A stretch of 64,000 nucleotides of DNA from assembly GCA_965644295.1 (NCBI GenBank), contig CBFFRP010000066.1, forward strand, positions 372,001 through 436,000, read 5' to 3'. Below, piece after piece: positions 49,645 to 61,919 of the stretch. Below the pieces are notes generated by a model. It searched no databases. It worked only from the letters and a program-made list of their open reading frames with translations, and had not been told where the DNA came from. Numbering within the stretch: the stretch's first letter is position 1; every line of letters starts with the position of its first letter. Origin of the DNA: Paraphysomonas bandaiensis (Eukaryota > Protista > Chrysophyceae). The position numbers were made by a program, and so were the translations under genes.

Positions 49645-50388
49645 GGGTCTATTATTCGAGCTTGTCAAAAAGGTAGAATGACCTAGTCACATTGAATATT
49701 CACCTAGTCAAAAACAAAAATTATCACTCTAACTTGGGAGCGCTATAGTATGTAGTATCATAAACATCTAGTCAACCTCGTCGTTGATAAAATCTATATC
49801 GTCATGATATAAGGCTTTGAACAGTGGAGTCCTGCCTATATCGCTATAACTCTCTATATTTCTATTCTCTAACTTAGCTTAGTTTCGACCTATGTTTATG
49901 TTTATTTGACCTGCAGTGACCCTCAACAAAGTTGGACTTGTACCTTTTCGTGGTGTTCTGGGGGATAAGTACCAGAGATATTTCTCCGGGAGCTAACATG
50001 AGGCGCATATATAGTCAGCAGATATTGCTCTGCTCACTCATAACCGAATTCTTGTGTGGTACAAGGGACACAAATAAGTGTCTCTTGTGTAGACGTCTTT
50101 GGGCCCTGAGGAATAAACAGGCATCCGGGAATGGGACCACCTCAAAGGCATCCTCCGGAGTAGTGGTTGCCCCTTGGTGCTTGCGGTGACGCACAAGCAG
50201 CTTTAGAAGCGCTAAGTAGTAGGATATCAGAATTAAGCACTAGTTAGTAAAATTGTTTTGCCGCGTTACTTTTAACTCTTACATGCTATTGATTGCTAAT
50301 AATCCTGCAGTGACTTCTATACTAGAATTTGCTTGGTTAAATCGTTCCTTAAAAAGTTATTATGACTAGGTAGTTCAATCAATTTTAC
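49645..50388. mobile_element. Degraded, inverted relative of the CCTAGTCA MULE-like family, interrupted by element copy C
   Basis: GGGTCTATTATT... and TATTCACCTAGTCAAAAACAAAAATTATCACTCTAACTTGGGAGC match the reverse complement of ~17865-17910 and the right TIR. TGACTAGGTAGTTCAATCAATTT (~50363) matches the reverse complement of the left TIR. Confidence 0.65.
49920..50303 (+). mobile_element. Copy C (both ends present) of a ~0.4-kb non-coding retroposon-like element, 10-11-bp TSD
   Basis: Starts CCCTCAACAAAGTTGGAC and ends TGCTAATAAT. Flanked by CCTGCAGTGA at 49910-49919 and 50304-50313. Confidence 0.8.
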
Positions 50389-51476
50389 ATGCCCCAAATT
50401 TAGCTGTCATTTAAAGGTTTAAGTATTTTTCGTCACTAAATTACTACGTATTTGCTTAACACTACTTCTGCTACGATTCTATGATTACCACATATAACAC
50501 ATAGTAAACTACACTTACTCAACACTATGAAGATATTGTCACCACATACTTATTTTACAACGTTAATGTCGTAAAATTATGACTGTGTTCCTTCAAGTAT
50601 AGCACGCGTTGTATATTACAATACATCTGCAATCTATTAGGAAATCTACATCAGATCAATAAGTTATTACATACCTCACCACACAATGTACTTCATTTAG
50701 CAGGATTCTATTCTATGTTCTTGCCTCCTGGAAGTAGAAATTGAGTAACAATCAAAGTGACCACACACGTTTAGTAGACGTCGCTATATCACACATTCAG
50801 GAACAGAAAATGAATTGACAGGTCCTTGAAAGAGGATCCTTATTATGTCTGGATTCCATGTTATCGTGTCGGTGATTCTCTAACTCTGTATGTTATATTG
50901 AGATGATTTTCATCGACACCAAATAAAAGAGCTCGGAGGATTGTGAACAATGTGTCTAGAGTTCTATGGAGGGATGGGGAGGATCTCGACCCTTACTAGA
51001 GTTCTACATCGAGAAGGATCTTAAGGCTCTGGATGTTTGCATATATGATCGATTAGATGGGCGATATTTTGAATGTAGTGGCTTTTTATATTATAAAAAA
51101 ACCCTCTTTATATGATGAGCATCTAATATTCAAGGTTTTCAGGATTATTTTCATGGTATATCCAGACATATGAAATATATCCGTAATTTCGCCAAATTTT
51201 GGATAAGAATAGAACAACGTTGAAGATGGGCAAGCGGAGTGGTACATATATGTACATGTACAGAAGTACGTCAGACACACACTGGCGTATGCTCCATCCA
51301 AAAATCACATACGACTCGTCCATATATTATGATGCGTGTCGTCTATTGGGGAATGAAGTGAAGGGATGGATCTCAGTGTTGTTCATTGACCACACCTGAC
51401 GACTGGAGGGATGATACAACATACCTTCACAAGGAAGTAGTACCACAGGCCACATAACGTGATGACTGGAGAGAGT

Positions 51477-54400
51477 ATGCGTGATGTGTTTCTTGTTGTG
51501 TTATGTGCTCTGTCTCTTATAGGGGGAAGTGTAGATGCAGGTGTGGTTGATGGTTTGTTAGACTGTTTCCTCTCATAACATTTACACGTAGAGAACTGTG
51601 GCAACTCTACTACGGATGTTATCGATATGCTCACGAAACAGCCGCGAGAATCGGTTTGGATTGAAGGCGGATTCACCACTGCAGGAGACCAGGAGTGGAG
51701 GAATATATCAACCATATTCAACACATTTGAGAATGCTGTTGTGTTCATTAGTCTCCCAGAGATAGATGGTGAAACATCCAATGATGGGTATCCTGCTATT
51801 GCTCGCGTTCGCAACGCCACCACATCTGGACAGATCAGCTTCGAAGTTAAGCTGTATCAAGCAAACGATAGTTACTGTTTAAAGACATGGAACATTCCTG
51901 AACCAATATTTCCTGAGCTAAAGTTGTCATGGATTGTTGCTGAACAGGGTGCATTTAACCTCACTGGTAATTACTTCATGATAGGAGAGGGGCCGATAAA
52001 CCGTGTGAGTGCTGACGTGACGAATCAAAGCAATTTTGTACGATTTGACTTTCCTGTTGGTTGCGAATCGTCAACAGTCAGTTGTGCGTTTGAGGAGGGC
52101 ACCTCAATGGGCATAATTCTTCAGCTCCAAGATGTCGTTTATGACCGCCTGTTAATACCCCGTGGGTACGCTCTGCGCAGAAAATTCGCAAGGGTCGTTT
52201 TACAACCTCACGACTCTGTAGACTCAAGTTACTATGTGATGCCCATGAATGAGCAGCTAGCGTACATGGCCTTCCGAACTGGATTTGTGATAAGTTGTAT
52301 TGAGCAAATGTCATTTGAAACTCACAGTTATAGTGGTGTTACCAACACAAAGCTCGACATCGACTATACCTTTACGTATGTACTTCCGCCAGGAGTGTAC
52401 GGCACCGTAGGTACATCCACCAGTTTGGCGGACTCAACTGGACTGCGTGCGTTCGATCGCACCGTGACAGGATCTAGTATTATCACCCAGGAGGACCAGT
52501 GCTACGACGAAGAGACCATTCACACCACCGGTGAAACAGTGTATGTCATGATTGTTGGGGAACAGATTCTGGTAGAATCGTGTACAGTGTGTAAGGCGGT
52601 ATTTACCCCGGATACCACAGCCTGGCCGACATCAGTACCTACAGCAGTGCCGACAATTGTGCCGACTGGTGAACCATCTTCAATTCCTAGTATTGTACCT
52701 ACTAGTCTCCCCTCAGTAACACCTTCTGGTGAGCCATCAGCTGTGCCATCTCAGACACCAACTGGAGTACCCTCTGGGATTCCATCTGGAGAACCATCTG
52801 CTGTACCTTCCCAGCTTCCTACTGGAGAGCCTTCAGGGTCCCCATCTAGTGTTCCATCATCTGTACCGAGTGCAATGCCCACCGGAGTGCCTTCGGGAGT
52901 CCCATCTGGTGAGCCAACTACACTACCCACATCGTTTCCCTCCTCTGTGCCGACTACTTCTTGCCCGTCTGCACAGCCTAGTCGTCTTCCCTCTGCTCTT
53001 CCCACATATGAACCGACGTCATCACCAACCATATGCACTGAGGTCTTCAATCGCAGTGCTGATGTGATCGATATGATTAGTAAGAAGACAGTCGACTTTA
53101 TCTGGGTTGAGGTAGGGTTCACTGTCGCGGACGACCAGAATTGGGTGGCTCAGTCATCACTGTACGCATCTTTTGTGGATCCTGTTGTTTTTGTTAGCTT
53201 GCCTGAAATTCCTGGAGAGACATCCAATGAGGGTTTCCCTGCAATTACCAGAATTCGAAATGTCAGACGAGATGAAGGACGAGTTGCATTCGACTTGAAG
53301 TTGTACCAGGCGAACGACAGCTACTGCTCTAAGCAGTGGAGTATACCAACGCCTATATTTCCTGCAGTTAATCTGTCGTGGATGGTGGTTGAACAGGGTG
53401 CATTCAATTTGTCTGGGTACTATTTCATGGCTGGGAGTGGGCCGATCACTCGGCAGAATTCAGACGTTTCGGACCAGTCTAATTTTGTGAGGTTCGACTA
53501 CCCGGTCAACTGTGAATCATCAACTGTGAGCTGTGCATTTGATGAGGGAGCTTCTATTGGAATCATTCTTCAACTCCAGACGCTTGTTTACGATCGGCTA
53601 CTGATACCTCGTGGCCGAATTGTTCGTCGACGCAACGCCATATTAGTACTTCAGCCCCATGATTCGTCAGACTCTAGTTATTACGTTATGACGACTCCTG
53701 AGACACTAGCTTATATGGCATTTGAAGTCGGTGCAGCGATCAGTTGTGTGGAGAGAATGACGTTTGAAACTCTCTCCTGGACCGGTGTTACGAATGTAAA
53801 GTTAGATATAGAGTATGATTTTCAATACACGATTCCACCTGGTGTGTATGGTACTATTGGTACGTCAACAAGCCTCGCTGATAGTACTGGGTTGAGGGCA
53901 TTTGCAAGAACAACTGACGGAGCGAGTATCATCACTCAGGAGGATCAGTGTGTAGATGAGGAGACAGAGCACACAACAGGGGAAACGGTGTATGCGATGA
54001 TTGTAGGCGAGCAGAATTTGCGATCATCGTGCACTGTCTGCAGTGTTCTTTTTACGCCTTTTGGTGGATTATCTGTATCCCCGACGTTGGCACCCACGTC
54101 TCCCTCTGCTGCTCCATCTACCTCTCCTAGCTTTGTTCCCACATTTACACCCACGATATCTGCTGCACCTTCTATATCTGCAGAACCTACTATTACCTCT
54201 GCCCCAAGTATATGCACGCCGGATATGAATGGGACATCCGAGGTTATTGATATGATTCAAAAGAAGTACGTTGAGAACGTGTGGATAGAGGCTGGGTTTG
54301 CATCAGCTGACGATCAGGAGTGGACGAAAGTGTCCTCCACGTACGATTCGTTCGTGAATCCAGTGGTGTTTGTGAGTCTTCCTGAGATCGAGGGAGAAAC

Positions 54401-57400
54401 TTCCAACGAAGGAGTTCCTGCCATTGCCCGAGTAAAAAATATTAGTCGACTCAATGGTCGTGTTGAATTCGACGTGAAACTGTATCAAGCGAATGATAGT
54501 TATTGTTCGAAGGAGTGGAGGATTCCAATACCAATTAGTCCTCCCATTGACTTGGCATGGATTGTTGTCGAACAGGGAGCGTTTAATTTGTCGGGACACT
54601 ACTTTATGATCGGAAGTGGGCCAATTACTCGACAGAATGCTGATGTAACGAATTCATCAAATTTTGTACGATTTGATTATCCAGTAAACTGTGATTCAGC
54701 AACTGTGAGTTGTGAATTTTCGGAAGATGATGGCATTGGTGTAATTTTACAGATACAAACACTTGTATATGATCGTCTGTTGATTCCTCGTGGTGTTGTG
54801 GTTCGACGCCGCAATATGTTGCTGGTACTCCAACCTCACGACTCTGAAAATCCTAGTTATTACGCAATGACTGACCCCGAATTACTTGCGTATATGGTCT
54901 TCGAAACAAATATAGATATTAGTTGTGTTGAAGATTTCACCATAGAGACACAGGAATTTTTGGGTGTGACTAATATTAATAGATACATCGAGTATAACTA
55001 CTTGTACATCCAGTCTCCTGGTGTGTTTGGTACGGTTGGGTCCTCCAATAGTCTTACTGACAGCACCGGCCTTAGATCATTTGATAGGACAAATGAAGGA
55101 GCGAGTATTATCACTCAGGAAGACCAATGTGTGGATGAAGAGACGGACCATACCACTGGAGAAACTGTGTACACCATGGTGGTGGGTCAGCAACGATCGC
55201 AATCTGCCTGTGTTGTATGTAAAGCGCTATTCACTCGGGGAAAGGCTTTTACACCTACTCCGCTACCTACGGCAACCCCAACGTTGTTTCCCACATCCAG
55301 TTCACCGTCGTCTCTTCCTACGGCAACGCCGTCATCATTCCCAACTGCAACACCGTCAGTTACTCCTTCCTCGCTGCCTACTAGCATTCCTTCGTTTCCA
55401 CCAACCCATCAACCGACGCCAATTCCGACGTTTCTGCCAAGTGCAGAACCGACTGCGACACCCACTGAGCAGCCGAGTTTCACACCAACGAGTTTTCCAT
55501 CTGGATTGCCATCATCAGTTCCGTCAGGTCAACCTTCTCTGATTCCGTCGAGTTTTCCGTCGTCTACACCAAGCACACATCCTACATCAAGCCCAACCGC
55601 GATTCCATCTGCAGTTCCATCATTCCTTCCATCCGGACTGCCATCATCTGGCCCAACGTCGATTCCTTCGTCTGCCCCGTCGTCTAGGCCATCACACGTA
55701 CCGACTACATCACTGCCATCTCTCCAACCAACCGCAGTCCCTTCCGGGGTACCGTCGCAGATGCCGTCAGGCCTCCCCACTAGCCCACCAACCTTTATCC
55801 CTTCCGCTATGCCATCATCAGTTCCATCAGCAGTACCAACGTCTTGTGGGGATCTTCCTAATAGAAGTGTTGATGTGATCGACATGATTAGGCATACACC
55901 AATTGATAAACCATGGATGGAAGCAGGGTTTGCACGAGCTGATGATCAACAATGGGTCACACTTTCTTCCACTCTGGATTCATTTCATGATCCAGTTGTG
56001 TTTGTGAGTCTTCCTGAAATTGATGGGGATACATCGAGTGAGGGAATCCCTGCAATTGCTAGAGTTAATAATATTACACGTGATACTGGTCGAGTTGTGT
56101 TTAGTGTAAAGCTCTATCAGGCAAACGACAGTTTCTGCTCCAAGGAGTGGAGAGTTCCTGTACCAATTTCACCCGCAATATACTTGGAATGGATGGTTGT
56201 TGAGCAGGGAGCATTCAACCTATCTGGTCATAAATTCATTATAGGTAGTGGACCGATTACTCGCACAAATGATGATGTTACCGACCAGTCGAATTTTGTG
56301 AGGTTTGATTATCCCGTGAACTGTGAGTCGTCCACAATCAGCTGTGCTTTCGATGAAGGTGTGCCTGTTGGTATGATATTACAATTGCAGACTTTAGTAT
56401 ACGACCGCTTGCTGATCCCTCGTGGCCGTAATGTTCGTCGACGCAATGCAGTATTAGTTCTTCAGCCCCATGATTCGTCAGATTCTAGTTATTATGTCAT
56501 GACGACTCCTGAAACTCTAGCTTATATGGCTTTTCAAACGGGAATATCAATCGGCTGCATCGAAGGCCTTTCTGTCGAGACAATGGAATATGTTGGGGTA
56601 ACGAATACCAAGCTGGATGTGAATTATGTGTATTCATACACTCGCCCACCTGGTGTGTATGGCACTATTGGCACGTCCACAAGTCTCGCTGATAGTACTG
56701 GATTGAGGGCGTTTGCAAGAACAACTGGCGGAGCGAGTATCATTACTCAGGAGGATCAGTGTGTAGATGAGGAGACAGACCACACAACTGGAGAGAAAGT
56801 GTATACATTCGTTGCAGGACAGCAGGTGAACGAACCTTCGTGCACGCTTTGTGGGGTCGTATTTACTGTCCCTTCAGCGCCCACTACCTATCCGACTACA
56901 CGCCCTCCCTCCAGTCCAAGTGGGACTCCCACTGAACCGCCGTCCTCACTTCCGTCGTCTTGTCCTTCCTCTTCACCATCGCACGTCCCTTCTGTGTTAC
57001 CAACGGCGCGTCCTACCTCAGTACCATCAGCTGAGCCAACGTTATCTCCTACATTTAGCCCTACCATGGATCCGACACAAGCGCCCACTGCACATCCTAC
57101 ACTGTGTCCTACAATACAGCCTACGTCAACACCAACATCATCTCCTACACTGGCTCCTACTTCTTCCCCCACGTTAACTCCGACTACTAGTCCTACCTGT
57201 TTTCCTACTTCGGTTCCAAGTGCATCACCGACAACCTCTCCTACTTGCCATCCAACATCTGATCCTACGTCCTTACCAACCACATCTCCTACTGTTTCAC
57301 CAAGTGCTGCTCCAACTGCTGTTCCTACATCAGTACCATCAGCTGAGCCGACGTTATCTCCTACATTTAGCCCTACCGTGGATCCGACACAAGTACCCAC

Positions 57401-60400
57401 TACACATCCTTCACTGTGTCCTACATTGAAACCCACGACAACACCAACATCATCACCTACACTGGCTCCAACTTCTTCCCCCACGTTAACTCCGACTACT
57501 AGTCCTACTTGTTTTCCTACATCGACACCAAGTGCATCGCCGACAACATCTCCTACTTGCCATCCAACATCGACACCAAGTGCATCGCCGACAACCTCTC
57601 CTACTTGCCATCCAACATCTGATCCTACGTCCTTACCAACCACATCTCCTACTGCTTCACCAAGTGCTGCTCCGACTGCGGCTCCTACTTCAGTACCATC
57701 AGCTGAGCCAACTTTATCTCCTACATTTAGCCCTACCGTGGATCCGACACAAGCGCCCACTACACATCCTTCACTGTGTCCTACAGTAAAGCCTACGACA
57801 ACACCAACATCATCACCTACACTGGCTCCTACTTCTTCCCCCACGTTAACTCCGACCACTAGTCCTACCTGTTTTCCTACTTCGGTTCCAAGTGCATCGC
57901 CGACAACCTCTCCTACTTGCCGTCCAACATCTGATCCTACGTCCTTACCAACCACATCTCCTACTGTTTCACCAAGTGCTACTCCAACTGCTTCCCCTAC
58001 TTCAGTACCATCAGCTGAGCCAACGTTATCTCCTACATTTAGCCCTACCGTGGATCCGACACAAGCGCCCACTGCGCATCCTTCGCTGTGTCCTACCGTA
58101 AAACCCACGACAACACCAACATCATCACCTACACTGGCTCCTACTTCTTCCCCCACGTTAACTCCGACTACTAGTCCTACCTGTTTTCCTACATCGACAC
58201 CAAGTGCATCGCCGACAACCTCTCCTACTTGCCGTCCAACATCTGATCCTACGTCCTTACCAACCACATCTCCTACTGTTTCACCAAGTGCTACTCCAAC
58301 TGCTTCCCCTACTTCAGTACCATCAGCTGAGCCAACGTTATCTCCTACATTTAGCCCTACCGTGGATCCGACACAAGCACTCTCTGCGCATCCTTCACTG
58401 TGTCCTACAGTAAAGCCCACGACAACACCAACATCATCACCTACACTGGCTCCAACTTCTTCCCCCACGTTAACTCCGACTACTAGTCCTACCTGTTTTC
58501 CTACATCGACACCAAGTGCATCGCCGACAACCTCTCCTACTTGCCGTCCAACATCTGATCCTACGTCCTTACCAACCACATCTCCTACTGTTTCACCAAG
58601 TGCTGCTCCGACTGCTGTTCCAACTTCAGTACCATCAGCTGAGCCAACGTTATCTCCTACATTTAGCCCTACCGTGGATCCGACACAAGCGCCCACTGCA
58701 CATCCTTCACTGTGTCCTACAATACAGCCCACGACAATACCAACATCATCTCCAATAGTGGTCCCTACATCTTCCCCCACGTTAACTCCGACCACTAGTC
58801 CTACCTGTTTTCCTACATCGACACCAAGTGCAACGCCGACAACCTCTCCTACTGTTTCGCCAAGTGCTGCTCCGACTGCGGTTCCTACGTCAGTACCATC
58901 AGCTGAGCCAACTTTGTTTCCTACATTTAGCCCTACCGTGGATCCGACACAAGTACCCACTTCGCATCCTTCGCTGTGTCCTACAGTAAAACCCACGACA
59001 TTACCAACTTCATCACCTACAATACAGCCTACGACAATACCAACTTCATCACCTACACTGGTTCCTACTTCTTCCCCCACGTTAACTCCGACTACTAGTC
59101 CTACCTGTTTTCCTACATCGACACCAAGTGCATCGCCGACAACCTCTCCTACTTGCCATCCAACATCTGATCCTACGTCCTTACCAACCACATCTCCTAC
59201 TGTTTCACCAAGTGCTGCTCCAACTGCTTCCCCTACTTCAGTACCATCAGCTGAGCCAACTTTATCACCTACATTTAGCCCTACCGTGGATCCGACACAA
59301 GTACCCACTTCGCATCCTTCGCTGTGTCCTACCGTAAAACCCACGACAACACCAACATCATCACCTACACTGGCTCCTACTTCTTCCCCCACGTTAACTC
59401 CGACTACTAGTCCTACCTGTTTTCCTACATCGATACCAAGTGCATCGCCGACAACCTCTCCTACTTGCCGTCCAACATCTGATCCTACGTCCTTACCAAC
59501 CACATCTCCTACTGCTTCACCAAGTACTGCTCCAACTGCTGTACCAACCTTAACTTCAACACTTCCTTCAACTTCCCCTAGTCTATGTCCGTCATTTGCA
59601 ACCACCTATCAGCCAACAATTCTTCCGTCTGCACGACCGAGTGTTTCTCCGTCAATTGAAGGTGCAACTAGCCATCCCACTACTTTACCTTCAATGGCCC
59701 CGACTTTTGATCCTGTGGATGTTGCTGTCAGTGACCTTGTGGAGGCTTTCAATTTAGATGTACAGGGTTGGACTAGAGGTGGTAATGTATCTATTTGTGA
59801 CAGTGGTGGGACAGTTTTGAGTTGCGATGAAAACGGACACCTTACTTATCTTGATGTTAGAGGTAGTCAGATATCTGGAACTATCCCATCCAGTATCGGT
59901 GCCCTCACAACGCTTCTGGAAGCATATTTTTCGAACAACAATATCGAAGGCCCCTTACCTCTTGAACTTGGTTTACTTAAGAATCTAGCAACCCTAGATC
60001 TTGGATCAAATCTATTGGGAACTTCTGGACGGCGTAAGCTCAATGAATTGTGGTCTGGTCATCATATACGGAATCACGTTGGTTCAGTTGGTCGACGACT
60101 TCAGAATGACTTCGTCGATGATAGTTTCACTGCGATACAGGAAATGACGTCTCTTAAATATCTAGATATTAGTGGGAATGGCTTTGTTGGCCAGATTCCA
60201 TCATCTCTTTGTGCCCTTCCACTTGAGATATTTGTGGTCGTTTCAACACTGCCCTCCAGTAATGAAAACAGTTTCAGCTGTATTGCACAATGTTTACTCG
60301 AAAAAACTAATCTGGCCCTTGTTGTGCCGGCCACATTGGCTGCATGTCCAACAAATGTAACTCCCAATCCATCTTCCGCACCGACAGTTGAGAGTGATGT

Positions 60401-61241
60401 GAATCTTGCAAACTCAGCCTCAAGCAGTGATGCACTTGACACGAATGAAGTCACTGGCATAACTATAGGTGTGTCGATATTCATTATTATCGTGCTTTGC
60501 TGTATGTATGGACTGTTCGTACGACATCGAAACCGTGGTGATATTAAATCACCACTTCCTCATGATAGTGACGATGTTATACGGCGATCTAGTTCTGTTA
60601 ATATTATGTCCCTACACCGTGAAGAGTCTGACGATGGCGACAGCGGGCATTATCCTGGCTCACTCTGTGACTCAGACATGTCTGACGACAGTAGTATCGA
60701 AGATGAAATTCAAACTACTCGTCAAGATGACGTGGGAATAACCATTTGGAACAATGAACTTGTAGATGTACCTGGAAGTGGAAAGCATGACATGAAATCT
60801 TTCTTTGAAACGAATGTATTCTCCATGTCGAATGTAAAGAGTGTAGATGGTGACGAACTCGAGCGAGTTATGTGTGAAGACACTCCCAACTCGTGCAGCC
60901 CCAGCACATTGCCGTCGGAGCAGTCTTCAGCGTCATCTCGGTCATCATTTTCGTCGGAGCTAGTATCTTCTGATCCTGCTGCACACACTAATTTATATTC
61001 GGAAGATTGCGATCCAGTCACCACTGTTTCTGAAAATCCACCACGTGCTTCAACTCATAGACCCTCCTCCTTGTCTCGTGCCCATTCCTTTCACTCAACA
61101 CTTTCTCAACCCATTCCCACAAATGCCCAACGCGGTATCAAGCGTTCTGATTCCGCATCTATTGTGACGCAACCGAATGAACGCAAGGGACGTGTGAAGA
61201 AGCCAATAACAAAAGAGACATCGGATATTTTCCATCTTTAG
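51477..61241 (+). CDS. Giant single-pass surface protein, paralogue 2 (same architecture), ~3240 aa
   Basis: Signal exon 51477..51540 (MRDVFLVVLCALSLIGGSVDA), phase-1 intron 51541..51591, then in frame with the 3204-aa ORF. Contains four beta domains, ~8 PT repeats, LRR, TM and a tail ending KETSDIFHL. Confidence 0.92.
57015..59545. repeat. Coding ~312-bp tandem repeat x ~8, with indels
   Basis: Same 104-aa unit as in paralogue 1 but more variable, with partial duplications and deletions. Confidence 0.9.
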
Positions 61242-61919
61242 TTTTTTATTTTTATAAAGTCATCGCGTCATTTCTTGATTTTCGTATTGAGCTGCTATTT
61301 AGATTCCTTTAATATTCATATCTTATAATGTCGCATATATAGCGTGATCCATTGTTTATTATTTCCCACAAGTTAGCTCTCATTCGAGGGTGACTTAAAT
61401 AAACACTACCTGAACGCAAAGTACATCAAATGTTTTACTTAATAATTAATAGAGGTTCTTATTGACAGTAGCTCTGAATTTAACATTATTGTGGTTTCAA
61501 TATTGTACAATGATATTATTACTTGGTAAATAGTGGTAATGGAAAGTGATTGCATTATGTTACACAATTTCAGGTAAACCACAATGATGAGCCAATATTC
61601 AAAAGCAGATCATCCAAGTTGTATTCCATCTTTCCTCAGTGCAAGTGACCTACCTTCAATACGAGGACTTAGCAACAGTACATCCAGAATTTTGCTGGAG
61701 AGTTCATATGCCACATCTGATACTGAAAGTGATCGGGGGTAGTGGCAGCCAGCCTTCTCAGGATAGTGTACGTCCTATTATGCATGCAATAACCAGCTCT
61801 CAAGTTATTTGGCGATACTGAAAGTGCGACGCACACCCATGTATTCGGTCAATTGTTTGAAAAGATCTCAAGTTAAATCCGGACCTTAATCTAAAATTAT
61901 AAGATCTGTGGCCATAATA

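Noticed and set aside
50700-51200. Protein-like fragment (RPLLEFYIEKDLKALDVCIYDR)
   Set aside because: Cannot be assigned to a family or built into a gene model.
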